Under the pieces are notes generated by a model. That model worked only from the letters and a program-made list of their open reading frames with translations, made no database searches and was not told the origin of the DNA. From an uncultured bacterium (GTDB lineage Bacteria; Chloroflexota; UBA5177; JANWHV01): a stretch of 64,000 bases of DNA. Location: contig CAWHAE010000008.1 of assembly GCA_963827235.1 (NCBI GenBank), positions 64,001 to 128,000 of the forward strand, written 5' to 3'. Positions 21,555 through 30,880 of this stretch are shown here, in pieces. A program made the position numbers and the translations under genes. Positions within the stretch are counted from its first letter, which is position 1. Every line of letters starts with the position of its first letter.

Positions 21555-23123
21555 ATGTCCTCATCAAGCTCGATCGCCCGAGAGACGATCGTTATTCTGG
21601 ATTTTGGCTCGCAATACAGCCGGTTGATAGCGCGGCGCATACGAGATTGCAACGTGTACTGCGAGATCGTCTCGCCGAGCGCTCCCTGGGCGGAACTGGC
21701 AGCTCTTCGGCCCAAGGGGTTCGTTTTGAGCGGCGGACCCAGCAGCGTCTACGAGCCCGGCGCGCCTCAAGCACCCCTGGAGCTGTTTGCCAGCGGTCTC
21801 CCGGTGCTGGGAATCTGCTATGGCATGCATCTGCTTGCTCACCAGCAAGGCGGCTCCATTATCGGCTCAATGCAGCGAGAATATGGACCGGCGGACGTCG
21901 AGGTGCTCGAGCATACTAGTGTGTTCGAGGGCCTTCCTGCTTCCTTTAAGGCGTGGATGAGTCATGGCGACGCCGTGGGCCACTTGCCGCCCGGGTATCG
22001 GGTGATCGGGCGCACGGACACGACGCCGGTTGCGGCCATCGCCGACGACAAGGGGCACGTTGGGGTGCAGTTCCACCCGGAGGTCGTTCACACCCCAATA
22101 GGCCAGGCCCTGCTCCGGACGTTCGTGCGTGACGTCTGCGGATGCCACGGCACGTGGACACCGGAAAACGTGATCGAGGAGCAGATCGCGCGCATCCGCG
22201 CCCAGGTCGGTGACGGGCGCGTGCTCTGCGGGTTGAGCGGTGGAGTCGACAGCGCGGTAGCGGCTACCTTGATTTCCAGGGCGATCGGCGATCGCCTGAT
22301 TTGCGTATTCGTGGACAACGGCCTGCTGCGCAAAGACGAAGCCGATCAACTGCTCACCGCCTTCAAGCGCGACATGCACATTCGGGTCGAGCACGCCGAC
22401 GCGCGCACGCGCTTTCTCGGCGCACTCGCTGGCATCGAGGATCCCGAGGAAAAGCGCACGGTCATCGGACGCACCTTCATCGACGTCTTCCGCCAGGAGG
22501 CAGAGCGCATCCGCCATGAGTTCGGCGACGTGCGTTTCCTGGCGCAGGGCACGCTGTATCCCGATGTGATCGAGAGCACCAGTCACGAGACGGGCCATGC
22601 GGTCAAGATCAAGACCCATCACAACGTGGGTGGACTGCCGGCAGACTTGCCTTTTGAGCTGGTCGAGCCGCTGCGCTACCTGTTCAAGGACGAGGCGCGC
22701 AAGGTGGGCCTGGCATTGGGCCTCACGGAGTCGATGGTGTTTCGCCAGCCTTTCCCCGGCCCCGGCCTGGCCGTGCGTATCCTCGGCGAGGTAACTGAGG
22801 AGCGGCTGCGCGTTCTGCGGGAAGCCGATCACATCGTGGTCTCCGAGGTCAAGCGGGCGGGACTATACCGTGAGCTCTGGCAGTCGTTTGCCGTGCTGAC
22901 ACCGCTGCGCAGCGTGGGCGTAATGGGCGACTATCGCACCTATGCCAACGTGCTGGCCATTCGCGCGGTGACCAGCGACGACGCCATGACGGCAGACTGG
23001 GCGCGGTTGCCCTACGACGTGCTGGCCTCGATCGCGAACCGCGTGGTGAACGAGATACCGGCCATCAATCGCGTCGTGTACGACATCAGCTCGAAGCCGC
23101 CGGCAACGATCGAATGGGAGTGA
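21555..23123 (+). CDS. guaA: GMP synthase (glutamine-hydrolyzing)
   Basis: [52 protein letters not shown]. Confidence 0.97.
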   Translation: MSSSSSIARETIVILDFGSQYSRLIARRIRDCNVYCEIVSPSAPWAELAALRPKGFVLSGGPSSVYEPGAPQAPLELFASGLPVLGICYGMHLLAHQQGGSIIGSMQREYGPADVEVLEHTSVFEGLPASFKAWMSHGDAVGHLPPGYRVIGRTDTTPVAAIADDKGHVGVQFHPEVVHTPIGQALLRTFVRDVCGCHGTWTPENVIEEQIARIRAQVGDGRVLCGLSGGVDSAVAATLISRAIGDRLICVFVDNGLLRKDEADQLLTAFKRDMHIRVEHADARTRFLGALAGIEDPEEKRTVIGRTFIDVFRQEAERIRHEFGDVRFLAQGTLYPDVIESTSHETGHAVKIKTHHNVGGLPADLPFELVEPLRYLFKDEARKVGLALGLTESMVFRQPFPGPGLAVRILGEVTEERLRVLREADHIVVSEVKRAGLYRELWQSFAVLTPLRSVGVMGDYRTYANVLAIRAVTSDDAMTADWARLPYDVLASIANRVVNEIPAINRVVYDISSKPPATIEWE

Positions 23124-23127
23124 CGTC

Positions 23128-24560
23128 GTGAACGCGCTGGTGATCGGCAGCGGCGGCCGGGAACACGCGCTGGCCTGGAAGCTGAGCAGAAGCCCAGGCA
23201 TCCGCACCGTCTACACGGCACCGGGGAACTATGGCACCAATCTCGTGGGGCCGAATGTGCAGATCTCCGCCTCCGGATCCCGCCTCCCTCGCCGACTGGG
23301 CTGCCGAGAACAAGATCGACCTGACCGTGGTAGGTCCGGAGAGCGCCCTGGCCTGTGGCATCGTCGATGTCTTCCGCGAGCGCAAACTGCGCATCTTCGG
23401 ACCGACCCGTGCCGCCGCGCAGCTGGAGACGAGCAAAGCATTCGCCAAGGCGTTTATGCTCCGCCACGACATACCGACGGCGCCGTACCGCGTGTTCTCT
23501 GAGCTGCCTGACGTCGAGCAGTATCTGCGGCAGTTGCCCGACGATCAGTACCCCGTGGTGGTGAAGGCCGATGGGCTTGCCTCTGGCAAGGGAGTGACGG
23601 TGGCGGCAGACCGGCACGTAGCGATCGGCGCTGCGCGTCTGGCTCTGCAGCAACCTGGAGCGCAGCCGGCGCCGCAAGTCCTGATCGAGGATTGCCTGGT
23701 CGGCTACGAGGTTTCATTCATGGCGATCAGCGACGGCACGACGGTGGTGCCGCTGGCGCCATCGCGCGACTACAAGCGGGCCTTCGACGGTAACACGGGC
23801 CCAATGACCGGCGGCATGGGCGCTTACTCGCCGGTATCCACGGTCACGGCCGAGCTCAGCGAGGAGATCATGGCGCGGGTCGTCAGGCCCACCATCGAGG
23901 GCATGGCCGCCGAGGGCAACCCGTACCAGGGCGTCCTCTACGCTGGCCTCATGATCACGCGTGCCGGGCCGCATGTGCTTGAGTTCAACGCGAGATTCGG
24001 CGACCCGGAGACCCAGGTCGTGCTTCCGCGCCTGGACACCGACCTCTACATCGTGCTGGACGCCGCTGTCGACGGAGAGCTCGGTAGCCTCAGACCGCTC
24101 GTCTGGGCCCGCGACGCCGCCTGTGGTGTGGTCGTGGCGTCCGAGGGGTACCCGGGCGACGTCGAGACAGGTTACGGCATCGTCGGTCTGGGCAGCACCG
24201 GGCAGTCGAGCTGGATCTTCCACAATGGGACGCGGAATCCGTTCGTGAAGGCGGAGACTCTCCTCGCACCAAAGATCGAGCGGCAGTCACGCGGTGCGCT
24301 GGGTGGGCGGTCGCTTTTCGGCATGCTGTTGCCAGGCCGCGGCGATGGGGCAGAACGCGGACAGGCAGGCGGCGATGACGATGCGCGGACGCGAGAGCCA
24401 GGTCATCACCAGCGGCGGGCGCGTGCTGACGCTGGTCTCGCGTGCCCGAAGCCTGGCAGATGCGCGCAAGGCCGCGTACGATCTTCGCGAGTCCGTCACG
24501 TTTACCGGCTGCTGGAGCCGGGTGGACATCGCCGCCGACGACGCAGCGCTGGGCACATGA
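23128..24560 (+). CDS. purD: Phosphoribosylamine-glycine ligase (frameshifts near 23270 and 24330-24400; C-terminal insertion)
   Basis: VIGSGGREHALAWKL, VVGPE, LETSKAFAK, VKADGLASGKGV, TGGMGAYSP, EFNARFGDPETQ, TSGGRVL. Confidence 0.9.
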
Positions 24561-25934
24561 GTCACGCAGGGCGAATGATGGCGGTCTTCGCTGCTGCTGT
24601 ACTGCTGACCGTCTTGAGCAGTGTAGCGAGCGGCGGTGTCGTGGCACGCAAAGCAGAGGTGCCGGTCGTGGCCAGGCCCTCGCGGACTCCGGTCAGCGCT
24701 GCCCGACGGCCGTCCACTGCCACGCCCACGGCCGTGCGGCGATCGCCAACCGCCACGGCAACACCTCCACCTCCCACTCCGACCGGTACGCCGGCCGTGA
24801 TGCAACTGCCGGACGGGCTCCCTGCTGCTGGCCCGACCGCCGGCACCGCCGCGGCTGGGTGCGCTGGATCACGCCATCGTGTTCGATGACGGTATGCAGG
24901 TCGTGCTAGTGCCGTCCGGGGGATCGCCGGTGGCGCTCTCCAATCTATCGGACAATCCTGGTCCATTCAAGCGCCCGAGGTTCAGCGGCCAACAGTTCGT
25001 GTACTACGACGGGGCATTCTACCTCGGAGACATCTTCGGCCACCGCTCGCCCATCCCGCCGCCTACCGTGACCGATGAGCTCGTCTACGACGCGTGGCCT
25101 TCGCCGGATGGCCGCTACATCGCGTGGGTCCTTGTGACTCCCGGCACCTGGCAGGGCGTCAAGTTCAGCATGGCCGCGAGCCGCATCGTGCTGACCGACC
25201 AGTCCGGCGCCAATCCGAGAGTGCTGCTGCAGCAGACGATTGACGGTGACGGAGGCGTGCCGATCGTCTACGGTTGGCGGAACGGCAATCCGGCCACTTT
25301 GCTGGTGCAGAACAGCTACGGTTTTGCCGGGCTTCACAAGGGTCTCGAGGAATTCGATCCCGCTACGCTGGACCTCGTGGGCGATTGGCTGCCGCCGGAT
25401 GGCGAGGCTACACAGCCGCAGGGTGAGGTGCTCGGCGTGAGTCCCTCCGGAGCCAGCATGGCCTATGCGACCAAGGACCTTCTGTTGCCATCCGGGGAGG
25501 GACCACTGCCCGCCAATCTCTTGGTAATGACCTTCAAGGGCCGAAACACGACGCTCGTCGACACGGCCGCGCAGCACAAAGATCCGGCGCTGCCCAAGCA
25601 GCCGGCTCCGAGCGCCTACGTGTTTAGCAGACAGGTCTACGTGTCGCCCGACGACACTGTGGTTGCCTATACGAGGCTGGACGTGATCTACCCCAAGGGC
25701 GTTCGTGTGCCCTACATCCGCCCAGTTGCATGCATCGCCAGGGTCAACGGCGCCGCGAAAGCCGACCTTGCGGCCGGCTTTCGCGTTATGGGCTGGGTGG
25801 ACAATAACACCCTGGTGCTGCGCAAAGACGATCAGCCTAAGACGGGCCTCTACACGTACAGCCTGGCCACGAGTGTGAAGACGCGCGTGGCGCCGGGCAA
25901 CTCCAGCTTCGAGGTCGACGGCGTCGTGCCATGA
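24557..25934 (+). CDS. Secreted hypothetical protein with Pro/Thr linker and probable TolB-like propeller (frameshift ~24840-24880)
   Basis: ATGA overlap with purD stop; signal-like MMAVFAAAVLLTVLSSVAS; WPSPDGRYIAW, SPSGASMAY, SPDDTVVAY repeats. Confidence 0.6.
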
Positions 25935-26075
25935 GGCGCGTTGCGGTATCCTAGAACATGCGACCGTTAATCAGTCTGCTGGGCCGCGGTCCCTCGCGCG
26001 TGCCGCGAGCCGGCGAAGCAGGTTGACCGCCGGATGGTGTGCAGGCCGGCTGGCTGTGCCGGGAGTGTTTCGTGC

Positions 26076-28370
26076 ATGACTGAGGGTTCTCCTATCTCCT
26101 TGGACGGCACGGTTGCGCGAGTCACCTTCTATAACCCCGAGAACGGCTTCGGAGTGGTGCAGCTCCGCCTGCGAGGCAAGGCGAAGACCGCCGCCGTCGT
26201 GGGCACGCTCCCCGCTGTGCAGCCCGGCGAGCTGCTGCGCATGACCGGGCGCTGGCGTACCGACCCGCGTCACGGAGCCCAGTTCGAGCCGCTGACCGCG
26301 GAGACCACGCGGCCGTCCGATGCTGCAGGCATCATCCTCTACCTTGGCTCGGGTATGGTCCGCCAGATCGGACCCGTGCTGGCCAAGCGAATCGTGGACA
26401 GATTCGGCGATGCCTCGCTCGACGTGCTGGATGCGACACCGGGTCGCGTGCGGGAAGTGCCCGGCATCGGTCCGCGCCGGGCGGAGGCCATCGCACGTGC
26501 CTGGTCCGAGCACATAGCTCTGCGCTCTATAGTGGGCTTCCTCTCCAGCCATGGACTCGAGCCCAGGTACGCGCCGCGCTTGCTCAAGGCCTTCGGCGCC
26601 GAGGCACCGCGAGTGCTTGCCGCGAATCCTTATCGACTGGTTGCCGAGGTACCGGGCCTCGGGTTTGCCGCCGCCGATCGCCTTGGCGCGTCCATCGGTG
26701 TGCGCTCCACGTCGCCGGCACGGCTGCAGGCCGCCGTGCTGGCCACGTTGCTTCGCGCGGCCGAGCGTGGACACACACGCATGTTGCCAGGGCCGCTCGC
26801 AGCCGCAGCCGCCACTGCCACGCACGTGAGCCGCGAGCTGCTGGAGGCGGCCATCGTCCAGCAACTGTCCTCTCGTGCTATCGCATACGGTACGGAGATG
26901 AAAGCAGGAAGCCTGGAAGCAGAACGCAAAGCCGACCGTGCTGGCGACACCCTGCCGGAAGCAGTGGAAGTCGGGCCGCGCAGGGTGCGCCTGTACGTGC
27001 CGGCGGTTCAGACGATGCGGTCCGATCTCGACCTGGGGATCGGGCTCTATCGACTGTGCGAGGCCGAAGAGGATCTGTCGGCACGCATTCGCGGCCTGGC
27101 GCGTCGCGCCGGACTGTCTCCGTCTGACGTCGACCGGGTCCTAGCGGCGCAGCGAGAGATGCACGACCTTTCGGCTGAGCAGCGCGCTGCCGTGCGCGAG
27201 TCGGCACTGACGGGCATCTACGTGTTGACCGGAGGCCCGGGCGTTGGCAAGACGACCACCACGAGGGCAATTGTCCGACTGCACCTCGCACTTGGGAGAT
27301 CCGTGGCCCTGGCGGCGCCTACCGGAAAAGCAGCCAAGCGATTAAGCGACGTGGTGGGGGTTGAGGCTCGGACGCTGCACCGGCTGTTGGGATCAGATCC
27401 GCGTGGCTTCTTGCACGGTCCGAGGGAGCCGTTGCCGTTCGACACCGTGATCGTGGACGAATGCAGCATGCTGGACACGACGTTGGCACGAGCCCTGGTT
27501 CGGGCCATTGGACCGCGAACGCAGTTGCTCCTTGTCGGGGACGTCGACCAGCTTCCAAGCGTGGGACCCGGCCAGGTACTTCGTGACGTGCTGGTAAGCA
27601 ATCGGGTGCGGCACGCATCGCTCACCACGGTTTTCCGGCAGGCAGCGGCCAGCCGCATTGTGACGAATGCGCACCGGATTCGTGCCGGGAAGTTGCCCGA
27701 GCTCGCAGATCCGCGCGAACTGGCCGCGGGTGTCGATAGTGTGTTCGTGGAGGCGCGCGGCGAGCGCGTGGCGAGCCTTGGGGCGGAATGGGCGTCGCGA
27801 CTCCTTCCCGATGCACTGGGAGTCGCCGCTGGCGACGTGCAGGCGCTGGCGCCGCTCACACGCGTGTGCCAGGTGCTGAACGGCGATATGCAACAGCGGC
27901 TCAACCCGCCGGGCCGGCAGAAGGCAGAGCGGCCACACGGAGCGTTGGCTCTTCGCGAGAGCGATCGCGTCATTCAGACGCGGAACAACTATGACCTCGG
28001 AGTCTTCAACGGCGATACGGGCACCGTGGTCACGCTGGGCGATGAGGTGGTCGTGGACTTCGGGGATGGACGCACGGTTCGCTACGACGACGACGCTCTG
28101 CTCGACCTCGACCACGCCTACTGCCTGACGGTGCATCGCGCGCAGGGCAGCGAATGGCCGGGCGTTGTGGTGCTTGCCTCGTCACACTATGGCCCGACTC
28201 TCACCCGCAATCTGCTGTACACCGCAGTCACGCGAGCGCGGCGGGCGGTGGTGATAGTGGGCGATCGGCAGGCGATTGCGAGGGCTGTGGCCGACACCCG
28301 CGATGCCGAGCGCTGCACGGGCCTCGCGACTATGCTGTCGGACGCCGCTGGAGCGCAGGCAGGTGGCTGA
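26076..28370 (+). CDS. recD2: ATP-dependent RecD2 (SF1B) DNA helicase
   Basis: N-terminal FYNPENGF..V, HhH motifs (QIGP, VPGIG), NPYRL, Walker A GGPGVGKTT, DECSM, GDVDQLPSVGPG, FRQ, QGSEW, NLLYTAVTRA. Confidence 0.92.
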   Translation: MTEGSPISLDGTVARVTFYNPENGFGVVQLRLRGKAKTAAVVGTLPAVQPGELLRMTGRWRTDPRHGAQFEPLTAETTRPSDAAGIILYLGSGMVRQIGPVLAKRIVDRFGDASLDVLDATPGRVREVPGIGPRRAEAIARAWSEHIALRSIVGFLSSHGLEPRYAPRLLKAFGAEAPRVLAANPYRLVAEVPGLGFAAADRLGASIGVRSTSPARLQAAVLATLLRAAERGHTRMLPGPLAAAAATATHVSRELLEAAIVQQLSSRAIAYGTEMKAGSLEAERKADRAGDTLPEAVEVGPRRVRLYVPAVQTMRSDLDLGIGLYRLCEAEEDLSARIRGLARRAGLSPSDVDRVLAAQREMHDLSAEQRAAVRESALTGIYVLTGGPGVGKTTTTRAIVRLHLALGRSVALAAPTGKAAKRLSDVVGVEARTLHRLLGSDPRGFLHGPREPLPFDTVIVDECSMLDTTLARALVRAIGPRTQLLLVGDVDQLPSVGPGQVLRDVLVSNRVRHASLTTVFRQAAASRIVTNAHRIRAGKLPELADPRELAAGVDSVFVEARGERVASLGAEWASRLLPDALGVAAGDVQALAPLTRVCQVLNGDMQQRLNPPGRQKAERPHGALALRESDRVIQTRNNYDLGVFNGDTGTVVTLGDEVVVDFGDGRTVRYDDDALLDLDHAYCLTVHRAQGSEWPGVVVLASSHYGPTLTRNLLYTAVTRARRAVVIVGDRQAIARAVADTRDAERCTGLATMLSDAAGAQAGG

Positions 28371-30789
28371 GTCGCGGGAGAAAGCCGGCGCTCGCGGGCG
28401 GCGCTACGGAGATCTGGTCAGCCAGTACCTGGCGATCCGCGATCAGCATCCTGGCGTGATTTTGCTGTTCCGCGTCGGCTCGTTCTACGAAATCCTTTTC
28501 GAGGATGCCGAGCTCATCGCTGGGGTGCTTGGACTCAAGCTTGGCGATCGGCCCTCCGGCGGGACGGAGGAGCCGGTGCCGCAGTGCGGATTCACTTTCC
28601 AGGCACTCGACTCCTTTCTGCCCAGGCTGCTTGCTCACGGATACCGTGTCGCGGTGTGCGAGGAGGAGGCTGCCGAGGGGGTCGGGCCGCGCGAGAGAGC
28701 TGTCGTGCGTACGCTGACGCCGGGCACGGTGACCGACGCTCGGCTGCTGCGCGAGGATCGCCCCACCTACCTGGCGGCTCTGGTAGTGGAATCCCCGAAT
28801 CAGGCAGGATTGGCCTGGACCGATCTGGCGGCCGGGGAGTTCAGGGCCGGCGAGTTCGAGATCGGAGACGTCGCTGCCGAGCTGCAGCGACTGGACCCCG
28901 CGGAGCTCCTCCTGCCTCGCAATGCCGAAGTCCCGGGCGGTCTGATCGCCGACCGCATGGTGACCACGGTCGACGCGCGCGGTGCCGCTGGGCGACTGCG
29001 GTCGGCCTATCCCGCTTCGACTCTCGACGGGCTACCGAGGGCCGAGGCTGCTGCCGGCCTCATACTTGCGTACCTCGACCTGACGCAGGCCTCGGCCGAG
29101 GCCTCGGTGCTCGATTCTCCGCAGAAGAGCGCGTCCGGCGACGCGATGCAGCTCGACGCGGCCACGCAGACGCACCTGGAGATCGTGGAGACCGAGCACG
29201 GTCACAGCCGTGACGGCAGTCTGCTTGGCGCGCTCGATCGCACTGTCTCGCCGATGGGGCGCCGTATGCTTCGCGAATGGCTGCTGCGGCCTCTGACCGA
29301 CTTGAAGAAGATCGGCGTGCGGCAGCGCATTGTGCGCGAGCTGGTCGAGGATGAAGCGATTCGTGATACCTTGCGCTCGCGCCTCAGGGCGATGTCCGAC
29401 CTCGAGCGATTGGCCGGAAGGGCCGCTACCGGCCGCACGTCGGTCGACGATCTCCGCGCCCTGGCGGCGGCGGCGGAAGCGTTGCCGGATCTCGGATCCC
29501 TGGTTCAGAGCTGCCGGTCCTCGTTTCTGCGTGGGCTGGCCCGATCTCGGCCGTTTCTGGAACTGTTCGCCCAGGAGGCGGACCGCGTGCTGGCGCCTGA
29601 AGGCGATGCCACCGAGGTCAGTCCGCGCGCTGACCCTGACCTTGAGGGAGCTCTGTCGGATGTCGAAGCCGCGGCGCGATGGCGCGACGACTACGTCTCG
29701 TCGATCCGGCGCAGCACGGGAGTCACCCGCCTGCGTATCGATCGGTCGGCCGCACAGGGCCTGTTTCTAGAGGCGCCTGCTAACTCGCAGGTGCCGAGCA
29801 CGTGGACCAGGCGCGGCGGGCTGCAGCGGGTCGAGCGCTACAGCAGTCCCGAGCTGGAAGAGCACGCCGCCCGCCTGGCCGAGGCTGAGAGCATAGTCTC
29901 CACGGTCACGGCACGTCTCTTGTCGGGCCTCCGCGAGTGCGCGTCGTCGGCGGCCGGCGAAGCGAAGGATCTGGCCAAACACCTCGCCGCAGCTGACGCG
30001 CTGCTGTCGTTTGCCACGGTTGCTGCCGAGCGCGGCTGGGTCGCGCCGATCGTCGATGCGTCGGGCGATCTCGACATCGAGGGCGGACGGCACCCGGTAG
30101 TCGAGGCGATGAACGCGGACTTCCAGCCCAACGACACCCGGCTGTCAGCCGGATCGGAAAAGGACCAGGTAGTCGTGCTGACCGGCCCCAACATGGCCGG
30201 CAAGAGCACCTGGATGCGCCAGACGGCTCTGATCGCGTTGCTCGCGCAGGCCGGCAGCTACGTGCCTGCAGTTCGCGCGAGGGTCGGTCTGATCGACGCG
30301 ATCTTCACCCGGATAGGCGCCGTGGATGACCTCACAATCGGTCATTCGACGTTCATGGTCGAGATGCTCGAGACGGCATCGGTGCTGCGCAAAGCCACAA
30401 CCAGGAGTCTCGTCGTGCTAGACGAGATAGGCCGTGGTACCAGCACGCACGACGGCATGGCCATTGCCTGGGCAGTGGTCGAGCACTTGGCACGCGGCCC
30501 CGTGCGGCCGCGGACGATCGCGGCCACCCACTACCACGAGCTGGCGGCCCTCAGAAGCGCCTACCGGCAGATCACACTTCGCCGGGCAACCGTCGAGGAG
30601 CAGCCCGACGGCATCGCATTTCCACACCGGATCGAGGAAGGCGCCGCCGATCGCAGCTTCGGCATCGAGGTGGCGCGACTGGCCAATCTGCCGCCCGAGG
30701 TACTCGCTCGGGCGCGCCAGGTAGCAGACGCCATTGAGCCGGTCAGCGAGGAGATCGCTCGGCGACTGGGAAGAGTCGGGCGCGGCTGA
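28363..30789 (+). CDS. mutS: MutS1-family mismatch-recognition ATPase (divergent, short C-terminus)
   Basis: QYL.IR.QHP..ILLFRVGSFYE, TPGTVTD, MGRRML, DLERL, GRHPVVE, GPNMAGKST, IFTRIGA.DDL, STFMVEM, DEIGRGT, ATHYHEL, ADRSFGIEVA; GTG start overlaps recD2 end by 8 nt. Confidence 0.9.
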   Translation: MAESREKAGARGRRYGDLVSQYLAIRDQHPGVILLFRVGSFYEILFEDAELIAGVLGLKLGDRPSGGTEEPVPQCGFTFQALDSFLPRLLAHGYRVAVCEEEAAEGVGPRERAVVRTLTPGTVTDARLLREDRPTYLAALVVESPNQAGLAWTDLAAGEFRAGEFEIGDVAAELQRLDPAELLLPRNAEVPGGLIADRMVTTVDARGAAGRLRSAYPASTLDGLPRAEAAAGLILAYLDLTQASAEASVLDSPQKSASGDAMQLDAATQTHLEIVETEHGHSRDGSLLGALDRTVSPMGRRMLREWLLRPLTDLKKIGVRQRIVRELVEDEAIRDTLRSRLRAMSDLERLAGRAATGRTSVDDLRALAAAAEALPDLGSLVQSCRSSFLRGLARSRPFLELFAQEADRVLAPEGDATEVSPRADPDLEGALSDVEAAARWRDDYVSSIRRSTGVTRLRIDRSAAQGLFLEAPANSQVPSTWTRRGGLQRVERYSSPELEEHAARLAEAESIVSTVTARLLSGLRECASSAAGEAKDLAKHLAAADALLSFATVAAERGWVAPIVDASGDLDIEGGRHPVVEAMNADFQPNDTRLSAGSEKDQVVVLTGPNMAGKSTWMRQTALIALLAQAGSYVPAVRARVGLIDAIFTRIGAVDDLTIGHSTFMVEMLETASVLRKATTRSLVVLDEIGRGTSTHDGMAIAWAVVEHLARGPVRPRTIAATHYHELAALRSAYRQITLRRATVEEQPDGIAFPHRIEEGAADRSFGIEVARLANLPPEVLARARQVADAIEPVSEEIARRLGRVGRG

Positions 30790-30826
30790 CCGGCGGCATG
30801 CGTTAACGCCGTCGCGGGAACGCCAC

Positions 30827-30858
30827 GGGGGGCACAGGCGTCACCGCCTGTGCCCCCC
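30827..30858. terminator. Hairpin between convergent mutS and NYN genes (possible bidirectional terminator)
   Basis: 14-bp perfect stem GGGGGGCACAGGCG-TCAC-CGCCTGTGCCCCCC. Confidence 0.65.
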
Positions 30859-30880
30859 AACTGTCCACTTGAGCCTATGA

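Noticed and set aside
18685-22832. Long antisense ORFs opposite ahcY, metK and guaA (and similar ones opposite obgE, lepA and gpmI)
   Set aside because: Shadow ORFs expected from high-GC codon bias on the strand opposite conserved genes
23231-24889. Apparent PurD fusion to a secreted Pro/Thr-rich protein (552-aa ORF)
   Set aside because: Frameshift artefact; PurD's true end (TSGGRVL...GT*) is in another frame and stops at 24560
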